NCBI GenBank assembly: GCA_963558395.1
Contig: CAUWGE010000005.1
Span: 114 to 64,113 of the forward strand
Length of the DNA: 64,000 bases
Origin: an uncultured Clostridia bacterium
GTDB lineage: Bacteria > Bacillota > Clostridia > TANB77 > CAG-508
Reading direction: 5' to 3'
In this document: in pieces, positions 58,554 through 64,000 of the stretch
How positions within the stretch are numbered: the first letter of the stretch is position 1
Layout: each line of letters opens with the position of its first letter
The notes under the pieces: generated by a model
Database searches by the model: none
Seen by the model: the letters and a program-made list of their open reading frames with translations, nothing else
Told to the model about the DNA's origin: nothing
Made by a program: the position numbers and the translations under genes

Positions 58554-60300
58554 AATACGGTAATATTTCGCTAAATACTTGACCTGCAACTGGTGCTGCA
58601 ACTCCACCTCCTTGGTGTCCGCCTTCTCCAGTAGGATTATATAACGTTATAAGAACTACTACTTCTGGATTCTCTATTGGTGCTGTTCCTATAAAAGATG
58701 TTACATACTTACCTGTATTTACACCGTCTTCAGAGGTTCCTGTTTTTCCCCCTATTGAATATCCTTCTACTTTTGCATTTTTTCCTGTTCCTTCTTGTAC
58801 TACTGATTTCATCATATCTAATACTTTTTTAGCTGTACTTTCTGATATTACTCTTTCTCCTTTTTTTATTTCCATATTAGTTACCTTTTTTTTGCCGTCT
58901 TCTCCTGTCTCAGAATTGCTTATTATCTGTTTTACCAGTCTTGGCTTTGTATAAATCCCGCCATTAGCAATTGTCGAAAGCATTGTTGCCATTTGTATTG
59001 GAGTTACTTCAAATCTCTGTCCAAAAGATATTGTTCCTAATTCTACTGGTCCTACTTTTTCTTCTTTCAGAAAAATCGACCCAGCTTCTCCTGGAATATC
59101 AATACCTGTAATTTTAAAAAATCCGAATTTATTTAAATATTCATAATATTTCTTCACACCAAGTTTCTGCCCCAGTCCTATAAATACTGGGTTGCAGGAA
59201 TTCATTAGAGCTTCTCTTAGACTTTCTGGTCCATGTGGTCTATAATATCTCCAACATTTAATTTTCGTTCCTACAATATCAATATAACCAATGCACGTAA
59301 ATTCGCCTTTTCTATCAGTATCTGTTATTCCTTCTTCAAGGGCTGCCGAAGTGGTAACTAATTTAAAAGTAGACCCTGGTTCGTATGTATCTGAAATGGC
59401 TTTATTTCTCCATAAACTTTGCATTTTCATACTTTGCTCTTCTTTAGGAAGGCTTTCATCTACCGCAAACGGTTCATTCAGATTATAATCTGGATAACCA
59501 GCTAGTGCTAATATATCTCCCGTTTTAGGATTCATTATAGTTATATTTCCACCATCTGTGCACACATTGTCAATACAAGCTTCTTTTAAATATTTTTCTG
59601 CTATTCCCTGGATTGTTGCATCTATCGTAAGCACTAAATCATCTCCATCTTTTGGCTCTATATATTCTTCTGATGTGTCTTTTATTGTATGACCTGATGC
59701 ATCCGTAATTCTACTAATTGCTCCTGGCTTACCCTTTAAATTTTCTTCATACTTAGCTTCTATTCCGTTTAATCCTTGATTATCACTACCACAAAAACCT
59801 ATAATTTGTGATGCTAAATTATTTAGCGGATAATACCTTTTTGTATCCTCATCTATGTTAACTCCTTTTGTTATATTATTTTCTTTAAGCCATACTCTAA
59901 GGTTATCGGTTTTAGCTTTATCTACTTTTTTAGCAATAGTTTCTATTGACGATCTTTTTTTGACTTTTTTCAGAGTTTTTTCATAGTCTAATTCAAATAA
60001 CTCTGAAAGCTTTTTCGCAACCTTTTCTTTTGCATCTTGTTCAATGCTTCCTGGATTTACTGTAACAGTCTCCACCGTACTACTTATTGCTAAAACAGTT
60101 TCCTTTGTTCTGTCATATATGGTCCCTCTTCTCGCATTTACACTTCTGTCAGATGTTTGTTGAGCATATGCTTTTGATTTCAATACTTCGCCTTCTACCA
60201 ATTGTATATATCCTATTCTTGCTACGAGGCCAGTGAACAAAAGCAAAGTTAAAAATATTGTATTTCTCATTCGTTTTTTTGTACTTTTTTTCCCAATCAT
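58528..60300 (-). CDS. Class B penicillin-binding protein (FtsI/SpoVD/PBP2B-like transpeptidase, no PASTA domains)
   Basis: N-terminal TM, then STFK, SCN (MNSCNP) and KTGT (GGKTGTS) boxes. Canonical position after ftsL. Confidence 0.9.
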   Translation of the reverse strand: MIGKKSTKKRMRNTIFLTLLLFTGLVARIGYIQLVEGEVLKSKAYAQQTSDRSVNARRGTIYDRTKETVLAISSTVETVTVNPGSIEQDAKEKVAKKLSELFELDYEKTLKKVKKRSSIETIAKKVDKAKTDNLRVWLKENNITKGVNIDEDTKRYYPLNNLASQIIGFCGSDNQGLNGIEAKYEENLKGKPGAISRITDASGHTIKDTSEEYIEPKDGDDLVLTIDATIQGIAEKYLKEACIDNVCTDGGNITIMNPKTGDILALAGYPDYNLNEPFAVDESLPKEEQSMKMQSLWRNKAISDTYEPGSTFKLVTTSAALEEGITDTDRKGEFTCIGYIDIVGTKIKCWRYYRPHGPESLREALMNSCNPVFIGLGQKLGVKKYYEYLNKFGFFKITGIDIPGEAGSIFLKEEKVGPVELGTISFGQRFEVTPIQMATMLSTIANGGIYTKPRLVKQIISNSETGEDGKKKVTNMEIKKGERVISESTAKKVLDMMKSVVQEGTGKNAKVEGYSIGGKTGTSEDGVNTGKYVTSFIGTAPIENPEVVVLITLYNPTGEGGHQGGGVAAPVAGQVFSEILPYLEVKKEEK

Positions 60301-60372
60301 ATTTTCACCTCTTTTTCTATTTATATAAAAATATAAATAAAAAAGAACTGAAAATATAATATTTCCGGTTCT

Positions 60373-60852
60373 TTATTTATGAAATAAATCATTAATCAAT
60401 GCTTCCCACCAAGTTTCTTCTTCTTTATTCACTTTTTCAGTACTTGATTCTACATAGTCTTCCTTTGGCAAACTAACATATACTTTTTGATTGTTATCCA
60501 ATTTCTTCATTCCAAGCTTTTCTTTTGCTTGTTGCTCTATTGTATTAATATTTGTTGCTTTTTCTATATTTAACTCTAACTGGGCATTTTCTTTTTGTAT
60601 TCCTGCTAAAGTTGCTTTTAATTCCTCTTTCTCATTAAAGGCAATATCTATTAATGCATATCTATAACTTATAACTAATAATACTGCAAATACTAGTCCT
60701 ATTTCTATCATATATTTTGCTGTTTTTCTAGCTTCCCCATCAGTTTTTGTATTAACTTTCTTCTTGGTCACAGTTTTTCTCTTACTTTTTTGAGACTTGT
60801 ATTCTGGTTCAATTTTTCTTGGACTAGTTTCATATTCATAATAATTAATCAT
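60373..60852 (-). CDS. ftsL: FtsL-like cell-division protein (bitopic, coiled coil)
   Basis: 159 aa; TM helix IEIGLVFAVLLVISYRYALI followed by a heptad region. Lies between rsmH and the PBP. Confidence 0.6.
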   Translation of the reverse strand: MINYYEYETSPRKIEPEYKSQKSKRKTVTKKKVNTKTDGEARKTAKYMIEIGLVFAVLLVISYRYALIDIAFNEKEELKATLAGIQKENAQLELNIEKATNINTIEQQAKEKLGMKKLDNNQKVYVSLPKEDYVESSTEKVNKEEETWWEALINDLFHK

Positions 60853-60858
60853 AAGTTA

Positions 60859-61791
60859 TCACCTCGTTTCTCTTCGTTCAAATATTCTAAGTTTTGCACT
60901 TTTAGATCTTGGATTTACTTTTATTTCTTCTGCTTTTGCTTCTATTGGCTTTTTATTTATTATATTACCATATTTTATTGCACCACATATACAATATGGT
61001 AGGTCACTTGGGCATGTACACTTTCCCTGAAGTTCAGTATATGCATCTTTTACTGCTCTATCTTCCAAAGAATGAAATGTTATGATGCATAGTCTTCCAC
61101 CTTCATTTAAGCATTTACTTGAATTTATAACTGTATCAAATAAAGGCTTTAATTCATTGTTAACTTCTATTCTTATTGCCTGAAATGTTCTTTTTGCTGG
61201 ATGACCATCTTTGCTATTGGGTACACACTTTTGTATAATATCTACTAAATTCTTAGTTGTTTCTATTTTTTTGTTTTCTCTTGCTATGCATATACTTTTT
61301 GCAATCTTTTTTGCAAATCTTTCTTCTCCATATTCAAAAATTATATTTGCTAAATCTTCTTCTTTATAATTATTAACAACTTCATATGCAGATAATTTTT
61401 GCGATTGGTCCATTCTCATATCTAATTTATCTTCGCCTAAATAACTAAAACCTCTTTTTTTCTCATCTAATTGATATGATGATACACCTAAGTCTAGTAA
61501 AATCCCATCAACTTTTTCTATTCCTAAATCTTCTAATATTTCTTTTATTTCATCATGATTCCCATGAACTAATCTAAAATTATTATATTCTTTTAAATTT
61601 TCTTTTGCCGCTTTTAAAGCCTCTTCATCTCTATCTATTCCTATTAAGAAACCTTTGCTTGATAACTTTTCTAATATTCTTTTGCTATGTCCTGCTCCAC
61701 CAATTGTTCCATCTACATAAATACCCTCTGGTTTTATGTTTAATCCTTCTATTGTTTCATTTAATAATACCGGTACATGTTTGAATTCCAA
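60859..61791 (-). CDS. rsmH: 16S rRNA (cytosine1402-N4)-methyltransferase (TTG start)
   Basis: HVPVLLNE, DGTIGGAGHS, DLGVSSYQLD, ITFHSLEDR. AAGGAGAG SD. Confidence 0.95.
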   Translation of the reverse strand: MEFKHVPVLLNETIEGLNIKPEGIYVDGTIGGAGHSKRILEKLSSKGFLIGIDRDEEALKAAKENLKEYNNFRLVHGNHDEIKEILEDLGIEKVDGILLDLGVSSYQLDEKKRGFSYLGEDKLDMRMDQSQKLSAYEVVNNYKEEDLANIIFEYGEERFAKKIAKSICIARENKKIETTKNLVDIIQKCVPNSKDGHPAKRTFQAIRIEVNNELKPLFDTVINSSKCLNEGGRLCIITFHSLEDRAVKDAYTELQGKCTCPSDLPYCICGAIKYGNIINKKPIEAKAEEIKVNPRSKSAKLRIFERRETR

Positions 61792-61822
61792 CTGGCTCTC
61801 CTTTATGCTTAACTGCTAAAAT

Positions 61823-61841
61823 AGGAAAACTTCGTTTTCCT
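61823..61841 (-). promoter_or_regulatory. Leader hairpin just upstream of the rsmH SD (possible attenuator)
   Basis: AGGAAAAC-gaa-GTTTTCCT followed by ATTTTAG on the minus strand. Confidence 0.4.
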
Positions 61842-61866
61842 TGTTATAAGCTAAACTTTATTAAAT

Positions 61867-61898
61867 ATTATAACTAAGCAGTTGGCATATGCCAACTG
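61867..61898 (-). promoter_or_regulatory. Predicted internal promoter (TTGGCA-17-TATAAT) overlapped by a perfect 20-nt palindrome CAGTTGGCATATGCCAACTG (candidate operator)
   Basis: -10 at 61867..61872, -35 at 61890..61895. The palindrome at 61879..61898 was verified as an exact reverse complement. Confidence 0.45.
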
Positions 61899-61917
61899 TC
61901 TTGTCTTTCGTACGTTA

Positions 61918-62084
61918 TCTTTTGTTCTGATTACTATTTTGCTGATTTTATCTTTGGTATATTTTACTCTTTTGTAAAATATCCTACCTTTTCATTTGTA
62001 ACATCCGATTTAGGACTTTATCTTTTGTTTTTTGTTATTCTTTTGTGTATTTAATTTTCATCTTTTGTTTGCTTTTTCTTTTGT
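61918..62084 (-). repeat. Six exact copies of ACAAAAGA (TCTTTTGT on plus strand), plus about 4 one-mismatch copies, in the mraZ-rsmH spacer
   Basis: Exact copies at 61918, 61968, 62021, 62039, 62061 and 62077 (plus-strand starts). Near-copies at about 61905, 61951, 61992 and 62028. Confidence 0.85.
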
Positions 62085-62108
62085 GAAATTTATATAAACT
62101 TTTTCAAG

Positions 62109-62549
62109 TTATATACCTAACATTCCAAGGTTTGCCATATTTTCAGCAATTTGGTCAGCTGACAGATTTTCTTCACTGTTATATGCTTTCCATTTATCCT
62201 TGTCCCATATTTCAATTCTAGTTCCTACACCTGTTATTACTGCTTCTTTTTCAAGAGTCGCATATTCTCTTAAGTTACTAGAAATTAAAAATCTTCCTTG
62301 CTTATCCACTTCGCATTCTACTGCTCCAGATAAGAAAAATCTTACGAAGTCTCTGGCATTTTTATTAGTAAGTGGTAGTGTTTTTAATTTTTCTTCAAAA
62401 TTGCTCCATTCATTAAGTGAAAAACCAAATAAGCATCCGTCTAGTCCTTTTGTTATTATGAATTTATCTCCTATATCTTCTCGAATCTTGGCTGGCATTA
62501 TTAGTCTTCCTTTTGCATCTAATGAATGCTCAAATTCACCTATTAGCAA
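62109..62549 (-). CDS. mraZ: Transcriptional regulator MraZ (TTG start)
   Basis: [20 protein letters not shown] and a second DKQGRFLIS SpoVT/AbrB-like repeat; 146 aa. Confidence 0.95.
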   Translation of the reverse strand: MLIGEFEHSLDAKGRLIMPAKIREDIGDKFIITKGLDGCLFGFSLNEWSNFEEKLKTLPLTNKNARDFVRFFLSGAVECEVDKQGRFLISSNLREYATLEKEAVITGVGTRIEIWDKDKWKAYNSEENLSADQIAENMANLGMLGI

Positions 62550-62557
62550 TCTTTCTT

Positions 62558-62608
62558 CACTTCCTTTTCACTTTGCACCACTTTGTGCCACTTTTCTCCA
62601 CTTCACTT
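62558..62608 (-). promoter_or_regulatory. Array of six AAGTG(G/A) direct repeats, four at exact 10-nt phasing: candidate MraZ operator
   Basis: Plus-strand CACTT starts at 62558, 62569, 62579, 62589, 62599 and 62604. Minus strand: AAGTGAAGTGGagaaAAGTGGcacaAAGTGGtgcaAAGTGAaaaggAAGTGA. Confidence 0.65.
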
Positions 62609-62610
62609 AC

Positions 62611-62639
62611 ATTGTAATACACCATAAAAAAAAATGCAA
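62611..62639 (-). promoter_or_regulatory. Predicted Pmra sigmaA promoter (TTGCAT-17-TACAAT)
   Basis: Minus strand: TTGCATttttttttatggtgtatTACAAT, immediately upstream of the AAGTG array. Confidence 0.55.
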
Positions 62640-62702
62640 GAGCTTTTTTAAAATTTTTTTAATTTTTCTAAAAAAGTTTTGCACATTTTATTCACATATT
62701 CT

Positions 62703-63674
62703 TTATTTATCTATTTTAAATCCAGCTTTTGCTTTATTAAATGAAATTGAGCGATTTTTTCTTCTGTCTATTACATAGCTGCTCCCAAAAATTGTTTTTG
62801 CCATATGCTTTACTTCTGCACCCGCTTCTCCTATTTCTAAGGTATTTTTAAATCGTTCTTTTGTAACTTCTACAACTCCTATGCTTATTGATGTAAGTGG
62901 AAATTGTTCCATTACACCTTTTCTATTCTCAACTTCTAGAAAACCTCTTGCCAGATCTTCCTTAGTAAAATATTTTTCTATTGATTCATCAAATTCAGCA
63001 ATAATACTCTGGCTTATGGATTCATAGTCGTCTCCTTCTACTATTGCTATAAAATCATCTCCACCAACATGTCCCACAAAATTATTTTTTTCACTTTGTT
63101 TTAGAACATGTTTTACAATGATTTTTGCAGTAAGCTTTATAACTTCGTCTCCATTTGAAAAGCCATATGTATCATTATATGCCTTGAAATTATCAAGGTC
63201 TATATACATCATCGCATACTTTTCTTCCTCTAAAAGCCTTTTTTGCATTTCTGCTTGAATTTGAACATTTCCAGGTAACCCTGTAAGAGGGCTTACTGTT
63301 CTAGTTCTATTTAAAATTTTTATAAAATTTATAATACTATAATATAAAATCTGTGGATTTACTGGTGTCTGTAAATATAATTCTACATCATTCTTTAATA
63401 ATTGAATTACATGTTCTTCTTCATTATTTGATGATATTACTATCGTAGGTGCAATTGCAATTTCATCATTTGCTTTAATTTTTTGAAATGCTTCACTTAT
63501 ATCTATGTTTATATTATCTTCATTTATTATGATAATATCTGGAATATCTATTAATGCTTCAAATATTTTATCTGTTGAAAATCGTTTTACTTTTATGCTA
63601 TTTTCTTTTTTCATAACATCTTCTAGAACAGATGTTAATTCTTTTTCTTCATCAAAGACATAAATTTTCTTCAT
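62703..63674 (-). CDS. GGDEF-domain protein (GGDDF variant) with degenerate receiver-like N-terminal domain
   Basis: LTGLPGN, NFKAYNDTYGFSNGDEVI, VGHVGGDDFIAIV. The N-terminal ~120 aa is REC-like but without an obvious DD pair, phospho-Asp or Lys. Confidence 0.8.
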   Translation of the reverse strand: MKKIYVFDEEKELTSVLEDVMKKENSIKVKRFSTDKIFEALIDIPDIIIINEDNINIDISEAFQKIKANDEIAIAPTIVISSNNEEEHVIQLLKNDVELYLQTPVNPQILYYSIINFIKILNRTRTVSPLTGLPGNVQIQAEMQKRLLEEEKYAMMYIDLDNFKAYNDTYGFSNGDEVIKLTAKIIVKHVLKQSEKNNFVGHVGGDDFIAIVEGDDYESISQSIIAEFDESIEKYFTKEDLARGFLEVENRKGVMEQFPLTSISIGVVEVTKERFKNTLEIGEAGAEVKHMAKTIFGSSYVIDRRKNRSISFNKAKAGFKIDK

Positions 63675-63701
63675 TTTCCACCTCTCTTTTTCTTGTGCTT
63701 C

Positions 63702-64000
63702 CTACTGTAATTCTGCTGTATATGACTGTTCTTCTACAAGACCACTAAGGTTTGTTACTGTTATTGTGATTGTATGTGTTCCTGGTTCTAAGGTTTGTGT
63801 TGCCGTAATTTCTTTTTGGTTTATTGGTGTATCTCCTGTATCTGTTGTTACACCATCTACCGTTATTGCAATTTTTGCTATTCCTTCATCATCTTTTGCA
63901 TTTATTATTAAATTTGTTCCGTCTACCGAAACATCAAATGATGGTTTATTTGCTCCTTTAAATGTTTGTACTTTTGTTTCTTTATTTCCGTCTGCATCTA
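63702..64000 (-). CDS. C-terminal fragment of a protein with Ig-like/beta-sandwich repeat (5' part outside window)
   Basis: Hand translation, open to the window edge: ..DADGNKETKVQTFKGANKPSFDVSVDGTNLIINAKDDEGIAKIAITVDGVTTDTGDTPINQKEITATQTLEPGTHTITITVTNLSGLVEEQSYTAELQ*. Confidence 0.5.
   Translation of the reverse strand, partial: DADGNKETKVQTFKGANKPSFDVSVDGTNLIINAKDDEGIAKIAITVDGVTTDTGDTPINQKEITATQTLEPGTHTITITVTNLSGLVEEQSYTAELQ

Overview
AT-rich, low-GC Firmicutes (Clostridia-like) chromosomal segment from an apparent endospore former, judged from an alpha/beta SASP, SpoVD/SpoVE-type genes, YaaT and a BofC-like protein. All but two genes are on the minus strand.

Core content, in window order:
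- thyA followed by a frameshifted folA
- pgsA, clpE, comEC
- a stand-alone str operon (rpsL-rpsG-fusA-tuf)
- trmFO and a SWIM/SNF2 helicase
- a four-subunit 2-oxoacid:ferredoxin oxidoreductase, plus a 59-aa clostridial ferredoxin that is missing from the ORF track
- an RR-HK-lepB-holB-yaaT-fdx gene string
- a giant (~2560 aa) cyclic beta-1,2-glucan synthase-like gene
- hpf, rpsT, SASP, tmk, topA
- a split dcw cluster: mraZ-rsmH-ftsL-pbp | ~7.7 kb accessory island | murE-mraY-ftsW-murG

Observations I rate highest:
1. The 317-nt mraZ-rsmH spacer carries six exact ACAAAAGA repeats, a perfect 20-nt palindrome over a predicted internal promoter, and a leader hairpin.
2. A textbook-like phased AAGTG (MraZ-box) array sits just downstream of a predicted Pmra promoter.
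3. The glycan-modification island inside the dcw cluster contains a 3-gene cassette bracketed by a 27-nt direct repeat. That repeat duplicates the 3' end of the PBP gene.
4. An orphan operon at 15.0-17.6 kb (coiled-coil bitopic 639-aa protein plus two small proteins) has a perfect consensus promoter and a G7 tract as its SD.
5. A pilin-like, coiled-coil, tail-fibre-repeat protein stands alone as a single gene.
6. folA is frameshifted next to an intact thyA.

I recognised no rRNA, tRNA, CRISPR array, transposase or integrase.

Limits: everything was done by eye. Family calls come from remembered motifs, not searches. Small-motif coordinates may be off by 1-2 nt. Several ORF-track N-termini begin at TTG/GTG or run into promoters, and I trimmed those to starts preceded by an SD.
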